Shown: piece after piece, positions 10,004 through 19,997 of the stretch
Layout of the letters: each line of letters begins with the position of its first letter
Numbering within the stretch: position 1 is the first letter of the stretch
Assembly (NCBI GenBank): GCA_963721455.1
Contig: CAVRJG010000021.1
Span: 252 to 64,251 of the forward strand
Reading direction: 5' to 3'
Length of the DNA: 64,000 nt
Origin: an uncultured Methanosarcinaceae archaeon
GTDB lineage: Archaea > Halobacteriota > Methanosarcinia > Methanosarcinales > Methanosarcinaceae
Position numbers and translations under genes: made by a program
Notes under the pieces: generated by a model
Told to the model about the DNA's origin: nothing
The model's database searches: none
What the model saw: only the letters and a program-made list of their open reading frames with translations

Positions 10004-11338
10004 ATGACTCTTGAGCCCGTGCATATGCATAAGATCTCGGAGCTTGCAAAGAGGATTGACCGGTCATTTGAGCTTGAGGAGCCGAAGACGGCGGCGGATA
10101 TTTATTCGCTGCTTGAGGAGTTGAAGCTCGATGGGAAGGTCATCCTTAAGGCCATCGGCAGACTCTTCCGGGGGATTGTAAGGACTGAGCTTATGGCACA
10201 GGGCGAAGACCCGTATCCGGTAACTTATGCCTGTGACAGCGGGAGTACTAATCCCCTGACTTATGACAGCGGGCTTTTTGTGGACTTCTGCCACTGCGGG
10301 ATGGCTGCAACACCTACTAACCTCGATATCCACAGATGCAGGACAATAGTATGTGCTGCTTATTCTTCTTCCCAGAGGGTAGCTATGCAGGCTACATCAG
10401 GCTGGGAAACCTTCGATGAAGGGCTCGGAAGGGCAAAACTGGTTACAATTGCTCCTGACGAGCTGAAAAGAAAGGCTCCTGACATGGTGCACAGTTTTGC
10501 CATGTACCTGGCAGAATCCGAGCATATTCTTTTCATGAAAGACATGATGGAGCCGGAGAGCTTTTTCATAATGGACGGGCCGATTTACCCAAAACAGCTC
10601 ATGTACTGGATGGTGCTGGATGACGAGGACGTAAAAGTCCGGCAGAACAATGATGCCCGGAAAATCCTCCAGAATTACATCGATATCATGGACCATTTTC
10701 TGGAAAAGCGGACGCCTGTGATCGGGTTTGTAAAAAATCCTACTGACGTGCAGATTATGGACAGCGTCCGGAAGAAAAAGGAAGCCTTCGACCTGCCCTG
10801 GATGCTTGATTCCCAGTTTTTCCGGAATCTTCTCTCTCCCGAAAAAATTGATAGCATGTCCGGGCACGGTGGAAGTAATTCGAAAAATAACGGGAAGAAC
10901 GGCAAGAATACCGGTTCCGGGAATGCTTACATTACTTACACTAACTGGTTCTTGCAACCCAACAGGTTTTATGAGAGGCTGCTGAATGGGACTTCACCCC
11001 TCGCAGCCGCCGATATGCTCCAGCAGAAACTCAGGCACAGTTTTTCACCTGAGGATTATGCCCTTTGTTTTTTCATGCTTTATGTGCCCTCTAAGGATGT
11101 GGTCTTCAAGGTCGAAGCCCCTTACGGGCTTGTTAAGGATGATTTCCTCCGCATGCAAATTACCAAAAAAGTGCTCTTTGACCTTTCTCTGCATGGTTTT
11201 CCCCTTGCCCTCACAAAGGCAGACCATCTCGCAAAAATCAGAAAAGTAGAGAGGCAAGAGATCAATAAATTCTTTGAAAACATGAATCCCGATATCGCTT
11301 ATAATGACACTCGGTGGGGTAAGATCAATGAAATATGA
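10004..11338 (+). CDS. nurA: NurA-family 5'-3' nuclease
   Basis: YACDSGS, AESEH, IMDGPIYP, VIGFVKN acidic motifs; overlaps herA-like gene. Confidence 0.8.
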   Translation: MTLEPVHMHKISELAKRIDRSFELEEPKTAADIYSLLEELKLDGKVILKAIGRLFRGIVRTELMAQGEDPYPVTYACDSGSTNPLTYDSGLFVDFCHCGMAATPTNLDIHRCRTIVCAAYSSSQRVAMQATSGWETFDEGLGRAKLVTIAPDELKRKAPDMVHSFAMYLAESEHILFMKDMMEPESFFIMDGPIYPKQLMYWMVLDDEDVKVRQNNDARKILQNYIDIMDHFLEKRTPVIGFVKNPTDVQIMDSVRKKKEAFDLPWMLDSQFFRNLLSPEKIDSMSGHGGSNSKNNGKNGKNTGSGNAYITYTNWFLQPNRFYERLLNGTSPLAAADMLQQKLRHSFSPEDYALCFFMLYVPSKDVVFKVEAPYGLVKDDFLRMQITKKVLFDLSLHGFPLALTKADHLAKIRKVERQEINKFFENMNPDIAYNDTRWGKINEI

Positions 11339-13460
11339 AGATGCCGATATTCTGGCTTTTGTCTCCGACCGGCCTAAAAAGGATCTGGCTCCTCAAATGA
11401 ATTCAGGAGCAGAAGGAAATGCAGGCTTGAAAGATAGCCCTGAAGAAGGAAATCCTGAAAATAAGACGAGAGATAGCGCCGTGAATTCCCCTGAAGGTGC
11501 TCCTGATCTGGTTTCAATGCTCACACCTGACACACCTGAAAAATTGCAGGCCTCTTTACCCGAAGCTCTGAGGAAAGATTCTCCGGAAAACGTATCTGAA
11601 ATTATTTCAAAAACCGCATCAGACGCTCTTTCTGGCTCTTCGGAAGCCGTTTTCGAAACTGCGTCGCTGTCTTTTCCAGAAACCTCTCCTGAATCTCATG
11701 CTTTCAGGCATTCCGAAAAAGAAAGCCTTCCCTTCGAAGCCTTTGCCGGTTACGATGACGGCGTCTTGAAAGTTTCCTCATCTTCAGAAGCCTTCGGGAT
11801 TGTCACCGCAGGGATAGACCCTCTCGAAATCACCCCTTCAGGAGCAGTAATCACTGGCTATATCACATCTGCCAGGCGGAATGAGATCAGGCTCGGGACG
11901 TATGTTGTCGTACCCTATGAGAGTGGAGAAAAGCTCTTTGCCAGGGTAGGAAAACTCCAGTACAGGCAGGAGTTTGTGGTAGATGATGCAACTGAGATTC
12001 ATTCGAGGCGTATGCTCAGTGCCCGTGCAAGCCCTGTAAATGAAGAAGATTACAAGTTCCTTGCCTGCCTTGATCCGCTCTGCATCCTGTACCGGAAGAA
12101 CGAAGGCGCACTCACCCGGCGGATGGCAGACAGAATTCCCCGCCCTAACACTCCTATCCTGCCTGTCACTGACAGGCTTGAGGTCCAAACAGGGCTTAAT
12201 ATTCCTGAAGAGGGTATTTTTCTCGGGCACCTCAGTGTTGGGGGAGAACTTTTAAAAACCCATTCCGAGCCCGAAACGGTTGCATATTACCTCCGAAATG
12301 ACTATTCAATGGGTGATCCCCTTATTTTCAGGCACATGCTGATCTGCGGGAGCACAGGGACAGGAAAGACCTTCCTCTCAAAAAATATCCTCCGCCAGTT
12401 CATGGCAGAAAATAACAGGTACAGGCTGCGGAGTTCTCCTGATAAGGCCTGGAAAAATCCCTGCCTGGTGATTATGGACCCTCAGGATGAATATTCCCAG
12501 CTTTTTGAGGACAACGAGACCCTTAATGAGGACGATAAATTCGGGTTCGAATCCGAAAATGTGACTTACGGCCGGGTCCGGTCTACGAAAGCTTTTGTAG
12601 CAAAGGTCGGTGGGCAGAAATATCCGGGAGACAAATCAAGAGCCGAGCAGATCGAGTTTACTATTCCTTTTTCCCTTGTGGAGCATAACTCATGGCTTAT
12701 TGCAGCAGCCGGGATGTCCGAACTCCAGTACATAGGGCTTGAAGTGCTTCTTGGGGATTTCTTCAAGTCAAGCGTGCCCCATACATACCTGAATTTCCTT
12801 GACCATATTGAGAATGAAGGTACCCGTTCCTACTACGTTGACAGCGGGAAGCTGCATGAGTCCTCGTATGATGGGATTGCCAGGAGAGTAAAGAGCAAAT
12901 TCTTCTCGAAGGTCTTTGATCAGGATGCAACCTCAATTACCGATATTCTGGGCAGGATATTCAAGCCAGGGCAGATTTCGGTTTTTCCTACGGAATACAT
13001 AAGCGCTCCGAGAATCCGGGACCTTATAGTGCTTACAATCATGAGCCTGACCGTGGACAACAAGCTCAGCACATCGGGAGAGGATGCAATAAAGGAAACC
13101 CCAATCATTCTTGCGCTGGATGAAGCTCACCGCTACCTCTCGAGGGCAAGCGGGGAACATGCCCGCCTTATCATCTCCCGTTTTGCAGATGCAGCCCGCC
13201 AGGGCAGAAAAGAAGGGTTGGGGCTCTTTTTGATCACCCAGGATCCCCAGGATATAGATGACACTGTTTTCAAACAGATCAATACAAAACTGATCCTTAA
13301 CCTCAATAATGACGCAGCTATTACATCTCTAAAAGTTCCGAAAGAATATGAGCGGAGAATTCCCTATCTTAAGAAAGGACAAATGATAATTCATTCCCCG
13401 GATAACAGTGATATTGTAGAAATAGTCGGGCTTTCAAATTGTGTAGTCAGGCACCGTTGA
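11328..13460 (+). CDS. herA: HerA/FtsK-family ATPase (helicase) with low-complexity N-terminal extension
   Basis: HAS-barrel-like GTYVVV..LFARV; Walker A HMLICGSTGTGKT; MDPQDEY; LALDEAHRY; RQGRKEGLGLFLITQDPQDI. Confidence 0.85.
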   Translation: MKYEDADILAFVSDRPKKDLAPQMNSGAEGNAGLKDSPEEGNPENKTRDSAVNSPEGAPDLVSMLTPDTPEKLQASLPEALRKDSPENVSEIISKTASDALSGSSEAVFETASLSFPETSPESHAFRHSEKESLPFEAFAGYDDGVLKVSSSSEAFGIVTAGIDPLEITPSGAVITGYITSARRNEIRLGTYVVVPYESGEKLFARVGKLQYRQEFVVDDATEIHSRRMLSARASPVNEEDYKFLACLDPLCILYRKNEGALTRRMADRIPRPNTPILPVTDRLEVQTGLNIPEEGIFLGHLSVGGELLKTHSEPETVAYYLRNDYSMGDPLIFRHMLICGSTGTGKTFLSKNILRQFMAENNRYRLRSSPDKAWKNPCLVIMDPQDEYSQLFEDNETLNEDDKFGFESENVTYGRVRSTKAFVAKVGGQKYPGDKSRAEQIEFTIPFSLVEHNSWLIAAAGMSELQYIGLEVLLGDFFKSSVPHTYLNFLDHIENEGTRSYYVDSGKLHESSYDGIARRVKSKFFSKVFDQDATSITDILGRIFKPGQISVFPTEYISAPRIRDLIVLTIMSLTVDNKLSTSGEDAIKETPIILALDEAHRYLSRASGEHARLIISRFADAARQGRKEGLGLFLITQDPQDIDDTVFKQINTKLILNLNNDAAITSLKVPKEYERRIPYLKKGQMIIHSPDNSDIVEIVGLSNCVVRHR

Positions 13461-13775
13461 TCTCCTTCAGGCACGAAATTTAGACCTGTCTCCGAAGAAT
13501 CCGTTTGCCTGATGTATTTTTATAAATTTGTATTGTGATGGAATTGATAGCGGAAAAAATGTGAAAATCGAGAAAATCCAGTGCGGAAAATGAGGTTAAA
13601 TATCACCGGAATAAATCCCGGATGGTTTACGTTCCATCACCTGAAGGGAAATTACCTTTCATTCGTATTTGAATTCCAGGCAAGTTCCCCAGCAGCCGGG
13701 ATTCGAAAAAAAATTCTTATTTTTCTTCTATTTCTTCCGCTCCGGTATTTCTTTTTGTTTTTCAATTTAAGATGT

Positions 13776-15815
13776 TCATTTATTTTTCACTGTTATGTAT
13801 CCACACATAGTTTTAGTGTTACTGCCCTTAGCATTTTTTGCCGTCAGGGTAACAGTGTATTTTCCGGCTTTACCGTATGTGTGTGCAGGATTCTTCTGGG
13901 TTGAATATGTTTTATCTCCAAAACTCCATCTCCATGAAGTTGGGGAGCCTGTGCTTTTGTCAGTAAACTGAACCTTCAACGGCGCCTTTCCTGAAGTTCC
14001 GGATGCAGACAAAGCGGCAACAGGAGCTTTCAAAGCGGCTGCAATATTTATATAACTTGATTTTTTTACTGCATTACTTCCTGCTGAATTCTTTACTGTT
14101 AAAGTGACGGTATATTTTCCAGCTTTTGAATATTTATGCTTCGGATTTTTGGCTGTTGAATATGTCCCATCTCCGAAACTCCAGTTCCGTGCAGCAGGAA
14201 TCCCTGTGCTTTTGTCAGTAAAACCAACAACCAGGGGTACGTTTCCTGAAGTAACATTACTGCTGAAATTTGCAACGGGTTTTTGCGGAACTGCTTCAAC
14301 CTTTACATAACTGGACTTTGTTTTCGTACCTGTGCCAGCCAGATTGGTTGCTGTGAGTGTTACTGTATAATTTCCAGCTTTTGAATATTTATGCTTCGGA
14401 TTTTTGGCTGTTGAATATGTCCCATCTCCGAAACTCCAGTTCCGTGCAGCAGGAATCCCTGTGCTTTTGTCAGTAAAACCAACAACCAGGGGTACGTTTC
14501 CTGAGGTAATATTACTGCTGAAATTTGCAACGGGTTTTTGCGGAACTGCTTCAACCTTTATATAACTGGACTTTGTTTTCGTACCTGTGCCAGCCAGATT
14601 GGTTGCTGTGAGTGTTACTGTATAATTTCCAGCTTTTGAATATTTATGCTTCGGATTTTTGGCTGTTGAATATGTCCCATCTCCGAAACTCCAGTTCCGT
14701 GCAGCTGGAATCCCTGTGCTTTTGTCAGTAAAACTGACATTAAGGGGCGCCTTTCCTGAGGTTGGGGATGCAGAAAACTCCAAAACCGGTTTTTGAGGAG
14801 TTATATTAAGAGTGTAGATCCCATAGTTTTCCCCCCTATTAGAACGAAAAGCGATTTTTGTACCATCAGGGCTCCACACCGGACTCGAATCAGATGCCGG
14901 ATCTGTTGTTAATTGCAATTTGTTTTTCCCGTTTGCATCCATAACCCATATATCCTTATTTCCGGCTGTGTCAGACTCAAATACAATTTTGCTTCCATCA
15001 GGTGAGAAAACAGGAGAGAGGTAATTTGCCGCATCTGAGGTAAGCTGAGTTTTTCCGGTCCCATTGATATTTATAGTGTATATGCTCCAGTTTCCATTTT
15101 CCTGGGAATAATATACTATTTGCGAACCGTTTGGAGACCATGCCTGCGACTGCCAGGATTGAGTCTGATGAACTAAATTTCCCGGAGACAGTTCAGTACT
15201 ATTTTTTTGATCTAAATTTAGGACCCTGATGTAATACTCTTGATCAATATATGCTATCTTTGATGCATCAGGTGAGAAAGCAATACAGCCAATAATGCCT
15301 TTAGTACCAAATTCATGTTTATCGGACCCGTCTGGATCAATTACTCCATAATTAATCCCCATATCATCATAAACAGTAGCATAAGCTATTTTCGAGCCTG
15401 AAGGAAACCAGGTGCATGAGTACCGTATTTTCAATTCCGAATTCATTAATTGTGTTTTTCCCGACCCATTTGCATTCATTACCCATACTTCGCCAGAAGT
15501 TTCCATTTCAGGTCCACCGACAGTATATAAAATCTTACTTCCATCTGGGGACCATGAATAATCTACCGGCTCTGCCGGGGTCAACTTTGTTTCTCCTGTA
15601 CCATTTGAAAGTGCCTTATATAACCCCCCATCTCTTACGAAAAGGATTTCATTCCCGGCTGGAGACCAAACCGGGTTCGAATCGGACGTAACGTTAGATG
15701 TAATCTTTGTTAACGTGTCAACTTGCAGTGCACCAGCCACTGTTACATTCGATGCAATAACCACCAGGAAAGTAAAAAATATTGACAGGCAAATTGCTTT
15801 TGGATTCATTTTCAC
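13776..15815 (-). CDS. cell-surface protein: TolB-like (PD40) beta-propeller plus 4 PKD domains
   Basis: Signal peptide; repeated PVWSPDG/PVFSPDGSKI; four FTDKSTG..W.WSFGD...PKHKYSKAG.YTVTLT units. Confidence 0.9.
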   Translation of the reverse strand: MKMNPKAICLSIFFTFLVVIASNVTVAGALQVDTLTKITSNVTSDSNPVWSPAGNEILFVRDGGLYKALSNGTGETKLTPAEPVDYSWSPDGSKILYTVGGPEMETSGEVWVMNANGSGKTQLMNSELKIRYSCTWFPSGSKIAYATVYDDMGINYGVIDPDGSDKHEFGTKGIIGCIAFSPDASKIAYIDQEYYIRVLNLDQKNSTELSPGNLVHQTQSWQSQAWSPNGSQIVYYSQENGNWSIYTININGTGKTQLTSDAANYLSPVFSPDGSKIVFESDTAGNKDIWVMDANGKNKLQLTTDPASDSSPVWSPDGTKIAFRSNRGENYGIYTLNITPQKPVLEFSASPTSGKAPLNVSFTDKSTGIPAARNWSFGDGTYSTAKNPKHKYSKAGNYTVTLTATNLAGTGTKTKSSYIKVEAVPQKPVANFSSNITSGNVPLVVGFTDKSTGIPAARNWSFGDGTYSTAKNPKHKYSKAGNYTVTLTATNLAGTGTKTKSSYVKVEAVPQKPVANFSSNVTSGNVPLVVGFTDKSTGIPAARNWSFGDGTYSTAKNPKHKYSKAGKYTVTLTVKNSAGSNAVKKSSYINIAAALKAPVAALSASGTSGKAPLKVQFTDKSTGSPTSWRWSFGDKTYSTQKNPAHTYGKAGKYTVTLTAKNAKGSNTKTMCGYITVKNK
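14099..14760. repeat. near-identical 261-bp tandem repeats (PKD domains)
   Basis: Sequence at 14100-14360 recurs at 14361-14621 and partly 14622-14730 almost without change. Confidence 0.85.
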
Positions 15816-16519
15816 GATATTCCCTCACTCTCATCAAGTACAGGTATTCTTATTTTCATGAACTACCGGGTAGCCGGAGAATTTATCATGCCAGCGAAAA
15901 AATTGTCTCTATCCCTTTACTAAGATCCATGAAAATAATTTAACAGAACCTGCTGTTTTTCTAGATTATTTGTCAGGTTAAAACCCATTGAAGAGATTAG
16001 CTTTCATTTGCTTTCGGTTATACAAATTGCTAAAAATGTGCAATTTTTTATAGCACTTTGTGTAAACCAGAAGTTAGAAACGTGTATGTATTATCGTTTT
16101 GAGTAGTCGCTTCAGGCCAGATAAATTCTTTACCTGAATACAAATTAATGAGTTTTACCCCCGTTTCACTCTTTTTCAGCCTTCATAGAATGCTGTAAAA
16201 TGTAAAGCTTTAATTTACTTTATGTGTCAAAATGATATATAACTCTTACTAAATTTTATAATGGAGTGAATATGGCCCGGTTTTCTCATATTTTCTTTCA
16301 CATATGTCCTGAAGTGTAATTTTTTAATTATAAATCATGCTTCCCAAACTTGTGAAAAAAAGGTTGAGGGGGGTGATTATTAAAAAACAGCAGGTAAAAA
16401 AATAGCTCTTAAAGCTGACCAGATGAAGAAAACATATCCGTCTTGCCAGATTTAATCAATAACTCCCCCACTCCCCTTTAGCCAGGTCCTTTATTAATTT
16501 TTCAGTCTAATTTACTCGT

Positions 16520-17845
16520 TTATTTTTTAGAGACTGTGATATGTTCACGAATGGTTTTAGTGCTACTGCCTTTAGCATTCTTTACTGTTAAGCTGACAGT
16601 ATATTTTCCGGCTTTACTGTATGTGTGTGCAGGACTCTTTTGTGTTGAAGTTGTGCCGTCTCCAAAAGTCCATTTCCATGATGTGGGTACTCCAGTGCTT
16701 TTGTCAGTAAAACTGACTTTCAGCGGCTTATTTCCTGAAGTTGGGGATGTGGAGAAGGCCGCAACAGGTATTTTTTCGTTTTCTAGAGTAAGAGTGTATA
16801 TGCTATTGTTTCCCCCTCTATCAGACCAAAAAGCAATTTTTTTACCATCTGGACTCCACACCGGAAATGAATCAGATGCCGAATCTGATGTTACCTGCAC
16901 TTTGTTTTTTCCATCGGCATCCATAACCCATATATCTTCACTTCCGGTCTTATCCGATAAAAATACAATTTTACTCCCATCAGGTGAAAAAATAGGTGAA
17001 TCATCATTTGCCGAATCTGAGGTAAGCTGAGTTTTTCCGGTACCATCGGCTTTTACAGTATATATTTCTGATTTTCCATCTTCAGAATAGAATTCATCTC
17101 CAGCATAGTATACTATTTTTGAACCATCTGGAGACCAGATCTGTGACTGCCAGGATTGAGTTTGATGAACAATTAATCCGGGCCGAAATTTAGTCAAATC
17201 TTGACCTAACCTCCCGATGTCGATAGAATAGTCACTGGCAGCCGCTCCATGCGCACAAATTGCTATATTTGATGCATCAGGTGACAAGGCAATACCGCTA
17301 GCAATGCCCATGTAACCGAGTTCATGTTTATCGGATCCATCCGGATCAATTTCCCAATAAGGGCCCCCAATCTCTTCATAAATATCAGCGTAGAGTATTT
17401 TTGAACCTGTGGGAAACCATGTGTATATATAATAATATCTGTACCACACTGTATCGAGCAATTGGGTTTTTCCTGTCCCATCTGCATTCATTACCCATAA
17501 ATCACTCCGGGGCCCATCAATGCCATCATATCTGTTTTTAATGTATGAAATTTTGCTCCCATCAGGGGACCATGCATAACCGGATGTAAAATTACCTCCC
17601 TCTGCAGAGGTAAGCCTGGTTTCTCCTGAACCATCTGAAAATACTTTGTACAGCCCATCTCCCCTTGAGAAAAGAATTTCCTTCCCATCCGGAGACCAAA
17701 CCGGATTTGAATCGTGCGCAACATTGGATGCCACTTTTGTTAATTTCCCAGCTTCTAAGGCATCAGCTACTGCTACGTTTGATGCCACAACCACCATAAA
17801 AGTAAAAACGATTGATAGAAAAATTACTTTTGGATTGGTTTTCAC
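16520..17845 (-). CDS. paralogous TolB-like propeller plus single PKD surface protein
   Basis: Same N-terminus (GTG start after GGAGG), PD40 repeats, one PKD domain. Confidence 0.9.
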   Translation of the reverse strand: MKTNPKVIFLSIVFTFMVVVASNVAVADALEAGKLTKVASNVAHDSNPVWSPDGKEILFSRGDGLYKVFSDGSGETRLTSAEGGNFTSGYAWSPDGSKISYIKNRYDGIDGPRSDLWVMNADGTGKTQLLDTVWYRYYYIYTWFPTGSKILYADIYEEIGGPYWEIDPDGSDKHELGYMGIASGIALSPDASNIAICAHGAAASDYSIDIGRLGQDLTKFRPGLIVHQTQSWQSQIWSPDGSKIVYYAGDEFYSEDGKSEIYTVKADGTGKTQLTSDSANDDSPIFSPDGSKIVFLSDKTGSEDIWVMDADGKNKVQVTSDSASDSFPVWSPDGKKIAFWSDRGGNNSIYTLTLENEKIPVAAFSTSPTSGNKPLKVSFTDKSTGVPTSWKWTFGDGTTSTQKSPAHTYSKAGKYTVSLTVKNAKGSSTKTIREHITVSKK

Positions 17846-18658
17846 TAAATACCTCCATTTCAACAAATCCAGATATTCTTATTTTCATAAACCCCGGGAG
17901 GAGAATTTTGTCCTGCCAGCGAAAGATTATTTGCCTTTCCCTAACTCAAATTCATAAAAAATAACTAAGAGAACCTGCTGTTTTTCCAGATTATTTGCCA
18001 GGCTAAAAATTATGAAAGACATGAATTTTTATTTGTGTTAGGTTAAAATACACAATGCCAGGAATGTATTATTTTTTATAGCAATTTGTGTAAACCAAAA
18101 GTTAGAAACTTGTATGTAATGTTATTTTGAGTATTTATTTTGGGTAACTAAATTTTTCACCCGAATACAAATTAATGAATTTTATCCTCGTTTTGCCATT
18201 TTTTAGTGTTTATGTGATGTTGCAGGATATGGAACTTTAACTTATCTAATATGCTAAAAAGCATATAAATTTTCCTTAATTATATTAAAATTAGGCATAA
18301 TATGACTCAGTTCCACTTTCTTTTTTACATCTCTGGAGATATGTTATGATTATAATTCATACATTTCCGGTTAAGTGAGGAATCACGATAAACTCCACTA
18401 ATTCTTCAAAAAAGAAATTTACTGAAAATAAAATAAGGATGCCTCATTTTTTATTTGATAAATCTCACAGTCCATCGAACAATGAAGTAAAAAATGGGGA
18501 AAATAGATGAACCGGAAAGAGATTAAGAGATTCCAGGATTGAATAAAAACGAGATTGACCGGATAAGAGTAAAAAGAGGTAGAAGTTAAAAAGGATATAA
18601 CTAAAAAGAGATAAAAGCTAAAAAATGCATAATCTCGGACATAATAGTTCTGTAGAGA

Positions 18659-18710
18659 TAAACTATGAGGAAAAATAAACTATGAGGAAAAACAAACTAT
18701 GTGGAAAAAA
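18659..18710. repeat. three 17-bp tandem repeats (U-rich on minus strand) downstream of tRNA-Pro
   Basis: AAACTATGAGGAAAAAT x3 with small variation. Confidence 0.7.
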
Positions 18711-18718
18711 TACGTAGA

Positions 18719-18793
18719 TGGGATAGCGCGGATTTGAACCGCGGTCCAAGCGTCCCAAACGCTCGAGGATGGACCAAGCTACCCTACTATCCC
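18719..18793 (-). tRNA. tRNA-Pro (TGG)
   Basis: GGGATAG acceptor stem, anticodon arm GAGCG-TTTGGGA-CGCTT, T arm CGCGG-TTCAAAT-CCGCG; CCA not encoded; TATATAAA ~30 bp upstream. Confidence 0.97.
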
Positions 18794-18934
18794 AGGGGGT
18801 ACCTCCTCTCAAAGGATATTATCCTTTATATAGCTTTCGTTAGAACATGGGTCAGTTATTCTCTCTGCGAATCAAAATTTCTGTTTTTGCTCTGTTTTCC
18901 CGATTTCAGGTTTTTTTCCTGAGCTTATTTTCCT

Positions 18935-19486
18935 TCACTCCCAGCGCCGATAAATCTCGTTTTCTATCCCGAGCAGGTCAAGAGCTCTTCCCACCATGGT
19001 ATCTATCAGGTCTTCAAGGGTTTTAGGCCTCGAATAAAAACCAGGGCAGGCTGGAAGGATACTTGCCCCTGCTCTTTTAGCCCGAAGCATGTTTTCTATA
19101 TGTATCAGGTTAAGAGGAGTTTCCCGGGTCATTAAGATAAGTTTTCTCTCCTCTTTGAGGCAGACGTCTGCAGCCCTTGTAATGAGGGTATCGGATATCC
19201 CGTTTGCCACCGCCGCGAGAGTTTTCATGCTGCAGGGAGCGATAACCATTCCCGCTGTCCTGTAAGAGCCGCTGGATATTGGCGCTGAAAAGTCTTTCTG
19301 GGAATAACTCCAGGTTGCAAGTTTTTCCACTGCCTCCGGTGTATAATCAGTTTCGATTTCGATTATCTGCTTTGCAGCATCAGTCAAAATCAGATGGGTT
19401 TTAATCCCTTTTTCCGCCAGTACTTCAAGAAGGTGGATTCCGTACTGGACCCCTGAGGCTCCGCTGATCCCTACCGTTATTTCCAT
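18935..19486 (-). CDS. ubiX: flavin prenyltransferase UbiX
   Basis: VGISGASG, SGSYRTAGMVIAPCSMKTLAAVANG, RAADVCLKEERKLILMTRETP, PGFYSRP. Confidence 0.95.
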   Translation of the reverse strand: MEITVGISGASGVQYGIHLLEVLAEKGIKTHLILTDAAKQIIEIETDYTPEAVEKLATWSYSQKDFSAPISSGSYRTAGMVIAPCSMKTLAAVANGISDTLITRAADVCLKEERKLILMTRETPLNLIHIENMLRAKRAGASILPACPGFYSRPKTLEDLIDTMVGRALDLLGIENEIYRRWE

Positions 19487-19866
19487 TATTCATTTCTCCC
19501 TGCCAGTCGGTCTCTTTTTTCATAAAAGGCGATGAAGCTTTCTACCATTTCCCCTGCGGCTGAGACTATATCCCTTATCTCCTCAGGGCTGATATTATCC
19601 TGATGTATGCCGGCAACAAATACCGATGTCTTCCCCGTGGCCCTGCTTACCTGCCTTGCCCCATTCAGGGCGAGCTGTTCTTCCCGGTGTCCGGGCATTG
19701 TTATTACCGACGAGCTTGTTCTCTGGCTTTTCTCGTCAAAAAGCCCTATGGCGACAGCTCCCACATGTTCCCTTCCGCCTGTAAGGGTCAGCAGGTAGTC
19801 TTCTCCTATTTTCTTTGCCTCAAGTATTACTTCGGTTCTGCCGACTTTCCGTTTAATCTGAAACAA
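19486..19866 (-). CDS. LpdD-like (prenylated-flavin chaperone-type) small protein
   Basis: LTLTGGREHVGAVA, PGHREEQLA, VAGIHQDNISPEEI resemble the LpdD family from memory; abuts ubiX. Confidence 0.55.
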   Translation of the reverse strand: MFQIKRKVGRTEVILEAKKIGEDYLLTLTGGREHVGAVAIGLFDEKSQRTSSSVITMPGHREEQLALNGARQVSRATGKTSVFVAGIHQDNISPEEIRDIVSAAGEMVESFIAFYEKRDRLAGRNE

Positions 19867-19997
19867 AATTCTTACCTCAGCGCTTCAAGCTTTTCCAGAT
19901 TTTTACTTTAAGTCTTATTATGCCTTTTATAAGCCTTATTATGCTTTTTATATATCTGGTACCAGGCCTATTAAGTTCAGGCCCTTAAAACCTTAAA

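Noticed and set aside
11328-11760. Low-complexity N-terminal extension of HerA
   Set aside because: No repeat or motif structure; such extensions are common in this genus.
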